Program-made: the position numbers and the translations under genes
The notes under the pieces: generated by a model
What the model saw: the letters and a program-made list of their open reading frames with translations, nothing else
Told to the model about the DNA's origin: nothing
Databases searched by the model: none
Assembly (NCBI GenBank): GCA_951406725.2
Contig: OX597816.1
Coordinates: 158,224,001-158,288,000 of the forward strand
DNA from: Octopus vulgaris
Lineage: Eukaryota
Direction: 5' to 3'
Length of the DNA stretch: 64,000 nucleotides
Shown here: positions 37,501 to 45,687 of the stretch, in pieces
How the letters are laid out: each line of letters starts with the position of its first letter
How positions within the stretch are numbered: position 1 is the first letter of the stretch

Positions 37501-39117
37501 CATTTACTCCATTCTCTGAATGAAGTAGAGCAAAAGCACACACGTAGACAAAAAGTGTCGCTGAGTGATGAAAGATTTCCGGACAATGGACACAAGTTAG
37601 AATAAGAACAGTAATAAACAAGTTTCTATTTTATTTTTCCTTTAAAGATCCAATGAAAAGCTTTGGGTTCTGAGAAACTAGTTTGTTTGCTTTGTTTTAG
37701 TAATTATTAATATTTTATGTAAGCAGGCTCATAGTCTTCCAAATCCAACTTTGCTTTTATTTTATTTTAAATCTTATGTATCTTGTCCATGTGACAATAA
37801 TGGATATTGTGTAAAATAAAGTTTGAGTTCAATCCCTGTCTTAAGCACGGAAAATATGGTTCTTGGCAGTGAATAGTTCAAACTGAAAGATAGTGTTTTA
37901 TAAAACAGAGAATATGAGGGTAATAGTCTGAAAACACTTTAATATATGTTGGTCTTGTCATTTTAAACTGAAAGGAGTGAACAAAGTGCTCCTAAAAGCC
38001 AGAGGTGAAGTTTTTCCAGTGCTGGTGTCACTGTAAACACATATAGTCTGTTTTGTTTCCTTTAGAGAAGTTGAATCCAAGATAAGGTGGAAAACTTCTT
38101 TGTTGTTGCTTTCACTGTAAGCAACCCTAAAACTACATTCAATACATCACTGAAGTGAGATATATGAAAAGATGTGGCCTTGGAAAACTGTAAATCTAGA
38201 AACGTCATTGTATAGGGTTCCCCAGTTAACATTACTCTATCTGCAGGTTTGGGCAGGGGTTTTTTTGGTTGTTGTTGAAGACTGGCAGTTACCCATGCAT
38301 GCAAATCTTCCTTCATTGTGTTACCAATGTGCTGCAAGGAAAAGGCCCCTGCTTTTAAAACCAAAACATGACACCAGCATTGGCCAGTTTAAATGCTAAA
38401 GGGTTAATGGTTTATTGATATCATCATTTAACATCTGTTTTCCATGCTGGCATGTGTTGGATGGCTTAACTGGCACTGGTGTAGCCAGGTTCTGCACCAG
38501 GCTCCATTGTCTGTTTTGCCATGGTTTCTACAGCTCGATGCTTTACCTAATGCCAACCACTTTCCAGAGTGTACTGGCTGCTTTTTACATGGCACCAGCA
38601 CTGACAGTAATTTTGTTTTAGTTCTATGATGGTAATCCAAATAAACAAGAGCAACTTTCTCATCAGATACCGCAATGCATCTTCATCCAATGTTCCATCA
38701 ATCCTATGCAAATTGATAGTAATTAGAGTTGGATAGAATGCCATGTAGTGTTCCAACCTTGTGCTCTAAGTTCAAATCATACCAAGGCCAACTTTGCATT
38801 GTTCTGGGGTTATTTAACGAAGTAGTTTAGGCATGCAATTAACTTTTAATAACTTTAGAAAAGTTTGCCTGAAAGATATTTTAATATGCTAAAGTCTTTT
38901 TTTTTTTTTGTATTAATTACTTGTAGGGACACTATTTTGTTATGAAATTATAATACACTACAAGGTATATTTTTCTTTTGTTTTTTTATCCTTCCAGAGT
39001 TTAAATCAGTTGAGAAGTAAAGCAAAAGCTCTGATTATGTTTGTTGGAATGTTACCATATCGACTGCCGGGAGATACAAATGCTCGCTTGGTTCAGTTAG
39101 AAGTGCAGATGAACTAA
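5887..39117 (+). CDS. NUP93: Nuclear pore complex protein Nup93 (Nic96 family), spliced CDS, 821 aa
   Basis: join(5887..6068,7300..7417,7930..7992,9486..9614,12231..12308,13083..13175,14566..14705,14830..14959,15784..15881,16836..16892,18098..18175,18980..19155,20701..20892,22353..22479,23924..23996,25538..25582,26425..26541,28218..28336,32344..32461,34104..34187,34331..34401,36905..36962,38998..39117) = 2466 nt. All introns are GT-AG and phases agree. Recognised Nup93 motifs: [99 protein letters not shown]. Confidence 0.97.
7300..7417 (+). CDS. NUP93: NUP93 coding exon 2
   Basis: [34 protein letters not shown]; TAG acceptor, GTAATG donor. Confidence 0.95.
7571..7868 (+). mobile_element. Internally deleted copy of the major tRNA-derived SINE
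   Basis: Matches the copy at 40185-40566 (GGCACCTTGGGCA...CAAATGACTGAAACA). Confidence 0.8.
7930..7992 (+). CDS. NUP93: NUP93 coding exon 3
   Basis: [21 protein letters not shown]; CAG acceptor, GTGAGT donor. Confidence 0.95.
8035..8362. mobile_element. piggyBac-type MITE
   Basis: TTAA|CCCATTCCTGCCAA ... TTGGCATGAATGGG|TTAA: CCC/GGG termini with TTAA TSD. Confidence 0.8.
9486..9614 (+). CDS. NUP93: NUP93 coding exon 4
   Basis: [38 protein letters not shown]; CAG acceptor, GTAAGT donor. Confidence 0.95.
9768..10325 (-). mobile_element. Internally deleted mariner transposon
   Basis: 30-bp TIR TTGGGTTGTCCGGAAAGTTCGTGCTGATTT (1 mismatch) with TA on both sides; the minus strand at ~10001-10060 translates to [20 protein letters not shown] (mariner YSPDLAP motif). 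Confidence 0.92.
12231..12308 (+). CDS. NUP93: NUP93 coding exon 5
   Basis: [26 protein letters not shown]; CAG acceptor, GTAATC donor. Confidence 0.93.
13083..13175 (+). CDS. NUP93: NUP93 coding exon 6
   Basis: [31 protein letters not shown]; TAG acceptor, GTAAGT donor. Confidence 0.93.
14566..14705 (+). CDS. NUP93: NUP93 coding exon 7
   Basis: [29 protein letters not shown]; CAG acceptor, GTGAGT donor. Confidence 0.93.
14830..14959 (+). CDS. NUP93: NUP93 coding exon 8
   Basis: [37 protein letters not shown]; CAG acceptor, GTAATT donor. Confidence 0.93.
15015..15172. mobile_element. hAT (Charlie-like) MITE, 158 bp
   Basis: TIR CAGCGCTTCTTAAAC / GTTTAAGAAGCGCTG; 8-bp TSD AGTTAGAA / AGTTAGAG. 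Confidence 0.88.
15784..15881 (+). CDS. NUP93: NUP93 coding exon 9
   Basis: [32 protein letters not shown]; TAG acceptor, GTGAGT donor. Confidence 0.95.
16836..16892 (+). CDS. NUP93: NUP93 coding exon 10
   Basis: [18 protein letters not shown]; CAG acceptor, GTTTGT donor; phase 2 on both sides fits the neighbours. Confidence 0.88.
17333..17660 (+). mobile_element. tRNA-headed SINE
   Basis: A-box-like TAGTGGTTAGAG, B-box GAGTTCGATTTCC, then GTGTCCTTGAGCAAGAC core shared with 31521-31858. Confidence 0.7.
18098..18175 (+). CDS. NUP93: NUP93 coding exon 11
   Basis: [25 protein letters not shown]; TAG acceptor, GTAACT donor. Confidence 0.93.
18980..19155 (+). CDS. NUP93: NUP93 coding exon 12
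   Basis: [36 protein letters not shown]; CAG acceptor, GTAAGT donor. Confidence 0.95.
19366..19590 (+). mobile_element. Nin-domain-like SINE nested inside the major SINE
   Basis: Contains GCCTTTCATCCTTTC..GTC.ATAAATTAAGTACCAG core; flanked by the duplicated host sequence AGAAACTGAAA(T/G)AAGC. Confidence 0.75.
20701..20892 (+). CDS. NUP93: NUP93 coding exon 13
   Basis: [47 protein letters not shown]; TAG acceptor, GTAAGT donor. Confidence 0.96.
21981..22310. mobile_element. Palindromic tRNA-like head pair followed by a Penelope-like tail
   Basis: Inverted repeat with ~95-bp arms centred at ~22082, each arm tRNA-like; downstream CTAATGAAG-GCTG..CAGAC-AAAAC is a decayed hammerhead-like core. 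Confidence 0.6.
22353..22479 (+). CDS. NUP93: NUP93 coding exon 14
   Basis: [42 protein letters not shown]; CAG acceptor, GTAAAT donor. Confidence 0.96.
23270..23748 (+). repeat. RTE 3' UTR copy with about five ~60-bp tandem units
   Basis: Repeated GATGCCAGTG..TGACTGGCTCCTGTGCCGGTGGCAYGTAAAAAGCAC, followed by the conserved tail and (GAT)n. Confidence 0.85.
23924..23996 (+). CDS. NUP93: NUP93 coding exon 15
   Basis: [24 protein letters not shown]; AAG acceptor, GTTAGT donor. Confidence 0.92.
25019..25420 (+). mobile_element. Major tRNA-derived SINE, near full length
   Basis: GGCACAGGAGTGGCTGTGTGGTAAG head, GGTTCAGTCCC B-box, internal (TA)n(TG)n, 3' CAAATGACTGAAA..AAAAGAAT. Confidence 0.85.
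25538..25582 (+). CDS. NUP93: NUP93 coding exon 16
   Basis: [15 protein letters not shown]; CAG acceptor, GTAAGT donor. Confidence 0.93.
25649..25869. mobile_element. piggyBac-type MITE (multicopy in this window)
   Basis: TTAA|CCCTTTAGCGTTT ... AAATGCTAAAGGG|TTAA; related pieces at ~13591, ~35760, ~38390, ~41800, ~43040 and ~53200. Confidence 0.85.
26425..26541 (+). CDS. NUP93: NUP93 coding exon 17
   Basis: [34 protein letters not shown]; TAG acceptor, GTAAGT donor. Confidence 0.95.
27194..27793. mobile_element. 600-bp foldback MITE (Merlin-like) with telomere-like centre
   Basis: Arms 27194-27473 and 27518-27793 are inverted copies; termini GGATCTTTACC / GGTAAAGATAC; flanks ATATATAT / ATATATAC; the loop contains AACCCTAACCCTAAAACCCTAAAACC. 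Confidence 0.85.
28218..28336 (+). CDS. NUP93: NUP93 coding exon 18
   Basis: [40 protein letters not shown]; CAG acceptor, GTAGGT donor. Confidence 0.95.
28843..29393 (+). repeat. 26-bp minisatellite (about 21 units) inside an RTE 3' UTR
   Basis: Unit ACTGGTGATGGTGCCACATAAAAAGC with recurrent variants; followed directly by the RTE tail (29395-29550). Confidence 0.95.
31521..31858 (+). mobile_element. CpG-rich (young-looking) tRNA-derived SINE
   Basis: A box TGGCTCGGTGG, B box GTTTGAATCCC, core GTGTTCTTGAGCAAGACACTT; inserted in a TA/TG microsatellite. Confidence 0.8.
32344..32461 (+). CDS. NUP93: NUP93 coding exon 19
   Basis: [39 protein letters not shown]; CAG acceptor, GTTTGT donor. Confidence 0.95.
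34104..34187 (+). CDS. NUP93: NUP93 coding exon 20
   Basis: [28 protein letters not shown]; CAG acceptor, GTAAAA donor. Confidence 0.94.
34331..34401 (+). CDS. NUP93: NUP93 coding exon 21
   Basis: [23 protein letters not shown]; TAG acceptor, GTGAGT donor. Confidence 0.94.
36905..36962 (+). CDS. NUP93: NUP93 coding exon 22 (poorly conserved loop)
   Basis: [19 protein letters not shown]; CAG acceptor, GTAAGT donor; needed to convert phase 2 to phase 0. Confidence 0.85.
37390..37623. repeat. ~235-bp palindromic (foldback) element
   Basis: CTCGTTTATTACTGTTCTTATT..TCCATTGTCTGGAAATCTTTCATCAC is inverted at GTGATGAAAGATTTCCGGACAATGGAC..AATAAGAACAGTAATAAACAAG. Confidence 0.85.
38998..39117 (+). 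CDS. NUP93: NUP93 coding exon 23 (terminal)
   Basis: [39 protein letters not shown]; CAG acceptor, TAA at 39115-39117. Confidence 0.96.
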   Translation, partial: SLNQLRSKAKALIMFVGMLPYRLPGDTNARLVQLEVQMN

Positions 39118-39257
39118 AGTGAAACGCCCAGATTTGTTGATCTTGGAGGAATGTAATCTGGAAAGACTTCTAAATTCTTTCCACACATTTGTATTTGTAA
39201 AGAGGAGGGAAACTGTATGAAAAAATTTTTTACGTATTAAAACAACCAATTAAAAGT

Positions 39258-39263
39258 AATAAA
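39258..39263 (+). terminator. Candidate NUP93 polyadenylation signal AATAAA
   Basis: AATAAA about 140 nt after the stop, preceded by two ATTAAA and followed by GT/T-rich sequence. Confidence 0.6.
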
Positions 39264-40184
39264 TCATATATAATACAATATATATATGTCTTTGTAAGTT
39301 GGAATTTTTTTTTTTATATAAATCCTTTAGCATTAAGATTATTTTGTCATATGTCATGTACCTCTCATAATTCTCTGTCTCCTCATAGCTGTTAACCTGT
39401 ACCTTTTTGAACTTGCATATGACGAAAGTTCTCTTTCATATGTTCCTTTACCAGTGACCATCTCTTAAACTGGTAGTCAATGACCTGAGAATATATTCTT
39501 CAACAGAAGAAAATCTAGTTTTCACAATCATTTATCTCTCACTTCCTGGTGAGTATTAAGTAGACCTGGCTTGCAGAGAGATCACTGGACAACATGATAG
39601 ATTCAACGTCTGTCTTCCATGCGTGCATGGGTTGGACAGTTCGACCGGAGCTGGTCAGCTGAAGAGCTGCACTGAGCTCCACTGTTTGTTTTGGCATGAT
39701 TTTTATAGCTGGATGCCCTTCCTAATGCCAACCACTTGAGAGTGGACTGAATGCGTTTCACATGGCACAAGTACTGACGAGGTCTCCAAGTAACTTGCAA
39801 GATCCTTTGAGAAGGAGTGGTTACTGGAAGAAATGAGTCTTGCTGTAGAGAGAATACATGGCTACTCCAGTTAGAGGGGAAGGGAGAATGATTAAGAATG
39901 TGAGAGAGAGATGGTAGCAATGTGCCAGGGCATACTCTCAAGGTACAGTGATGAGAATGTAAATGGGATGGCACAGCAATGCCAAGAGTAGGGAGTTCAC
40001 ATGAATGCAGGGCTGTGGGGTGTAGTGATTGGTAAAAATGGTATATGATGGGAAGACAATAGGATAGCAATGACACAGTGGGAAGGATTGGGCTACAGTA
40101 GTGGGGAGAGAGAGATGAGCATAGTGCATGAAGAAGACTTGTAGTTTGGTTTATTGAGGTAGGGTGAGCGAAAAATTTTATGTA

Positions 40185-40566
40185 GGCATAGGAGTGTCTG
40201 TGTGGTAAGTAGCTTGCTTACGAACCACATGGTTCCAGGTTCAGTCACACTGCGTGGCACCTTGGGCAAGTGTCTTCTACTATAGCCTCAGGCTGACCAA
40301 AGCCTTGAGTAGATTTGGTAGATGGAAGCTGAAAGAAGTCCATCGTATATATGTATGTTTGTGTGTCTGTGTCCCCCCAACATCGCTTGACAAACGATGC
40401 TGGTGTGTTTACATCCCTGTAACTTAGCGGTTCGGCAAAAGAGAGAGCAATAGAATAAGTACTGGGCTTACAAAGAATAAGTCCTGGGGTCGATTTGCTT
40501 GAATGAAGGCGGTGATCCATCATGGCCACAGCCAAATGACTGAAAACAAGTAAAAGAGTAAAGAGT
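40185..40566 (+). mobile_element. Major tRNA-derived SINE, full-length reference copy
   Basis: Head GGCATAGGAGTG.CTGTGTGGTAAG..GGTTCAGTC, body GGCACCTTGGGCAAGTGTCTTCTACTATAGCC, tail GAAAACAAGTAAAAGAG; many further copies in both orientations across the window. Confidence 0.85.
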
Positions 40567-40629
40567 TACATGTAGTTGGAACACAGTGCTTCCAGAACTC
40601 AACTAAAAAAAAAAAATGTAGCTGAAGAT

Positions 40630-41035
40630 ACCCTCCATCAGACACCTACCATATTCTGAGCGCCTTGTTTCCCTGAAGCTCCGGTGTCTGGCGACGGACT
40701 TGGTAAACACCCACAAAGCTATCAACCACCTCACCAACAACAACACTGAACACCTTTTTGATCTCCATGTGTCTAACACACGTGGACATGCCTACAAAGT
40801 CAGAAAACAACACAGCTCCCATGACTTTCGGAAACATTTTTTCATGCTCAGAGTTGCTGAAGCATGGAATAAACTGCCTGCGTCAGTTGTTGACTGCCAT
40901 GACACTGCATCCTTTAAAGCCCTCATGCTTTCCGAAATCTGCTGAAACTACACCTGATTATATATACACTTTAGATGAGCTGTAGTGCACCTGAGCACTG
41001 TACACAATTATTATTATTATTATTATTATTATATT
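40630..41035 (+). mobile_element. CR1-clade LINE 3' fragment with (ATT)n tail
   Basis: ORF 40700..40945: NTRGHAYKVRKQHSSHDFRKHFFMLRVAEAWNKLP; same family as 2021-2565. Confidence 0.85.
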
Positions 41036-41628
41036 AAGTCTGAAAAATAAAAAAAGGGTGTCTGCTGGAACATTTTTCATTGCTCTAGTTGCTCAAAACA
41101 CCAACATTCATATTGGTATAAATCTTCCTATTTAAACTAGCACATATTTAAAAGAAAGCGAGAGGGAAATTTATTTGAAAGTTACACAGATATATCAAAT
41201 TGAATCTTCATGCAGCCATTAATTCAATGATTTCTATTATATTTCATTCATGGCTTGAACATTATGAAGTTAAACCTCCACTCAGTCCTTTTTTGAAAAT
41301 TTAAAATTGGGAAGGTAAAATATTTTTGTAAATATTTATTAGGCACTTTTTTTCCATATAATTGACTTCCATGCAATAAATGTAGGATATCGTATCGTTG
41401 TGTATGGCCCCCACCCCTTTTTTTAAAAAAAATGAATATAAATGTTAAATCGTTTGGCAGCAATTGTTCTTTCTTGAATCATTCCATCTATATACACTCT
41501 CGGCAGCTACAAGTGACTCAACTTTGGGACTGTTTTCTTAGAAGATTAGTTCCACAAGAAATACTCCAGTACTTGGCACAAGTTTAACCTCACCCTTAAA
41601 ATGAATGATGGTTTGAAGACAGTTTTAG

Positions 41629-41706
41629 TTAAGAGGTTGGGCCTTCTGTTGAAAATGATGTAACCATTATACCGCCACTTAAGTCCACAGTTCGTCCCTC
41701 TTTTGC
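41629..41706 (-). CDS. ARL2BP: ARL2BP coding exon 6 (terminal)
   Basis: AKEGRTVDLSGGIMVTSFSTEGPTS*; acceptor TTTTTCTCCAG on the minus strand. Confidence 0.92.
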   Translation of the reverse strand, partial: AKEGRTVDLSGGIMVTSFSTEGPTS

Positions 41707-44700
41707 CTGGAGAAAAAGATGAGATTAAGACATGGCTTTAGAAAAACCTCATTTCAAAAATATTCTTTTCATTATGCGAACAAAGTTGTGATGGTTTTAA
41801 CCCTTTAGCATTCAGTTTATTCTATCAAATGTAAAGCTTATTAATTCACATTCATCATCATTTAACGTCCGCTTTCCATGCTAGCATGGGTTGGACGGTT
41901 CAACTGGGTTCTGGGAAGCCTGAAGGCTGCACCAGGCCAGTCAGATCTGGCAGTGTTTCTACGGCTGGATGCCCTTCCTAACGCCAACCACTCCGTGAGT
42001 GTAGTGGGTGCTTTTTACGTGCCACCGACACAGGTGCCAGAAGGGGCTGGTGAACAACCACGCTCGGATGGTGCTTTTTACGTGCTACCGGCACGGAGGC
42101 CAGGCCAGGCTGGCAACGGCCATGATCGATTGTTTTGAATTAATCTCATAAGTTCAAGAAACCAGATCTGGTCAGTTTGAACATGAAACAAGTATAATAC
42201 TGGAGCCGGAGACAAAGAGTTTCAATGTTAAGGTTCATAATTTGCGTATTTGTACTTACCTTTTCACACTTGAACTGACCAACACACATGAGCATGCCTA
42301 CAAAGTCAGAAAACTGCAGCTCCCATGACTTTCGGAAACATATTTTCACACTCAGGCCGTTGCCAGCCTTGCCTGGCCCCCATGCTGGTGGCATGTAAAA
42401 AGCACCATCCGTCCGTGGCCATTTACCAGCTGCGGGTGGCACGTAAAAAGCACCCACTACACTCACGGAGTGGTTGGCATTAGGAAGGGCATCCAGCCGT
42501 AGAAACACTGCCAGATCAGACTGGGCCTGATGCAGCTTCTGGCTTCACAGACCCCAGTTGAACCGTCCAACCCATGCTAGCATGGAAAGCGGACACTAAA
42601 TGATGATGAGAGTTGCTGAAGCAGGGAACAAACTACCTACAGAAGTTGTTAGTTGCCGAGACGTTGCATCCTTTAAAACCTCCATGGTTCCTGAAATTTG
42701 CCAACACTACACTTGATACACCCTCCCTCCATATGCATGCATACATGTATATCATGACTCATACACTGTTCACTTTCCTGACTTTTGTACATAATTCTGT
42801 GTACTGTATGTGCACCTTTGATGAGTTTTAGTGCACCTGAGCACTATATGCAATAATTTCATTATTATCATTTTTAACCCATGTGTTTTTTAAAACCAAA
42901 CTTTCACACTTTCCCTACAGTCTCATTTGAAAAGTAAACAATCACATCATCAAAATCAAAAGGTTATGTGATCATGCTTGATTAATTCAAAACAATGTGA
43001 ATAAAAAAAAAAAAGCATTAGATTTGAGACAGTAATCTGAATGCTAAAGAGTTAACGGACATAGTACTGCCAGTTCATAGCTCAGTCCAACAGTAAATAA
43101 GCACTATACTTCCAGCTTTTATTAGCTTGCAATGCTGAGTCCTAGCACTCTTAAGGGTTCACAATACTTACTTAGGTCTGCCATGAGCCCTAGAACTCAT
43201 GAGGACAGAGATTAACCCAGTTTCCAAGACTGGAAAGGGGACTGTTATAAACTCTTCCTTGAAGTAAAAGCCAGTCCATCACAGGGTCAACTCCCTATCT
43301 ATCGCAGGAACTCATTTTCAGATGAGTGGACTGGAACAACATGAGATGAAGTTTGTTGCTCAGGAATGCAATGCACTGCCCAGTTCAGGAATTGAAACTG
43401 CTATCTTACAACACAGAGCAACATCACTAGACCATGACCCTCCACAGGATTCACAAAAGATAAGAGAGAATCATTCTTAAAGACAAAGATGTCTAGCTAA
43501 CATGTACCATGCTTTCACTAATTGTATTAGGTACTGAAATCGAAATCAAATTCGATGACTGGCATCTGTGCAAGTGGAGCCAGAGCAGCAAACTTGCTTC
43601 CATGCCGGTGGCACATAAAAAGCACTATTCGAGCATGATCATTACCAGCATCGCCTTACTGGCACTTGTGCCGGTGGCATGTGAAAAACAACATTCAAGT
43701 GAGGTTGTTGCCAGTGCTGCTGGACTGGCTCCTGTGCAGGTAGCACGCAAAAAACACCATTTGAGTGTGGCCGCTGCCAGTACCACCTGACTGGCCCTCG
43801 TGCTGGTGGCACGTAAAAGCAACCACTACACTCTCAGAGTGGTTGGCATTAGGAAGGGCATAGAGCTGTAGAAACTCTGCCAGATCAGATTGGAGCCTGG
43901 TGCAGCCATCTGGTTCGCCAGTCCTCAGTCAAATCGTCCAACCTATGCCAGCATGGAAAGCAGGCGTTAAACGATGATGATGACTGATGTAGACACAGAG
44001 CCCCTATCGGTACCCCTGCTCTTCACCCAGTGGTACATCCAAGATGTGACAGCCATAGGGAGAGAGAGAGAAAGAGTAGCACCAGCAGCATGAAATAAAC
44101 AGAATGCACACAGGAAATGAATTCACAGGATGAGGAATCAAACCACTCAACAACACACTTTCACTGTCTTAAAATATTTAAGAAAATAATAGACTGACAC
44201 TCACAGCTTTATAATCCAAAATCATTTCTTTGAAAGTGAGAAAATCGCTGAACGTAAGTAAGAGTTCAAATATTTCTCCTTCTAATTCATTCTTCCGAGC
44301 ACTGAAAGAAGAGTAAAACCAATTCAGATGAAATGCTCATAGAAATAATAGATAGGCTTAACGATTAGCTAAAATAATAATAGATTTTGTTGTATCTTGG
44401 GAGGGTCATTATACCAATAAACACAAGTACTGTTTCTGTTTCACTTCTTTGTTATTATTAGTCAATTGGTTAAACATTTAAGTAATTAATCAATTGTTTG
44501 ATGAATCATTTAGTCAATCAACCAGCTAGGTTTGTCAAAGTCCCTTCATTACCATTCTTCACAACTGGAGTAAAGGCATGTTGTTGATGAAGTTGCAAAT
44601 AGCAACAAAAGGCCTTTGATAAACTTAGCTGACTGATTGATGACCAAATAATTAATCAAACAATTGATTATTAGTCAAATTGGTTAACCGATTGGCTAAT

Positions 44701-45647
44701 AATAACGATTTCCAATTTCAACAGAGGACCAACAATTTTTTAGGATGAAAAGCAAAGTCAGCTTTGGCAGCATTTGAATCCAGTGTGTGCGTGGGCATAA
44801 TGACCCTCCCAAGATACAAAAAAAACCCCCAAAAAATGTTTCAATACAGAAATTCACATCAAGAATCTTGCAAACCAAATACAAAAATGAAATAAATAAC
44901 ATTTAAAAACCAAAAGGATTCACTAAATACTGATTACACAGCAACTATCCTTTCTTTTTTGTGCTTACATGTTGAAGCATCTGAGAGACTGGTATATTAG
45001 ACATAGTTGAATGCTTTACAGATGATAACAAGTAAAAACACTGTTTTTACCAAATTTCTCGAGAGAACAAGCTGGTGAGTGACATAGGGGAATGTATCCC
45101 TTGTAGTTCTGGGTTTATTAATGGCTGTTACCAAGTGTGGCTGTGTGGTAAGAAGTTTGTTTACCACATAAGGCAGTGAGTTAGCAGAAACGTTAACTGA
45201 CCAGGCGAAATGCTAAGCAGTATTTCATCTGCCATTACGTTCTGAGTTCAAATTCCGCCGAGGTCGACTTTGCCTTTCATCCTTATGCACTGGGGTCGAT
45301 GTAATTGACTTAATCCCTTTGTCTCTCCTTGTTTGTCCCCTTTATGTTTAGCCTCTTGTGGGCAATAAAGAAATAAGAAACTTTAGCATGCCGGGTGAAA
45401 TGCTTAGTGTTTTGCCTGCCGTTACATTCGGAGTTCAAATTCCACCGAGGTCAACTTTGCCTTTCATCCTTTCAGGGTCAATAAATAAAGTACCAGTTAC
45501 ACACTGGGGTTGATGTAATCGACTTAATCCCTTTGTCTGTCCTTGTTTGTCTCCTCTATGTTTAGCCCCTTGTGGGGAATAAAGAAATAAGTTTGTTTAC
45601 CAACCACATTATTCCAGGTTCAGTAGAAAGATACAGAAGAAAGCCTG

Positions 45648-45687
<40 letters not shown>

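Noticed and set aside
41878-42138. Recurrent small ORFs of type [20 protein letters not shown] as a peptide family
   Set aside because: Antisense translations of the RTE 3' UTR repeat; frames and stops vary between copies.
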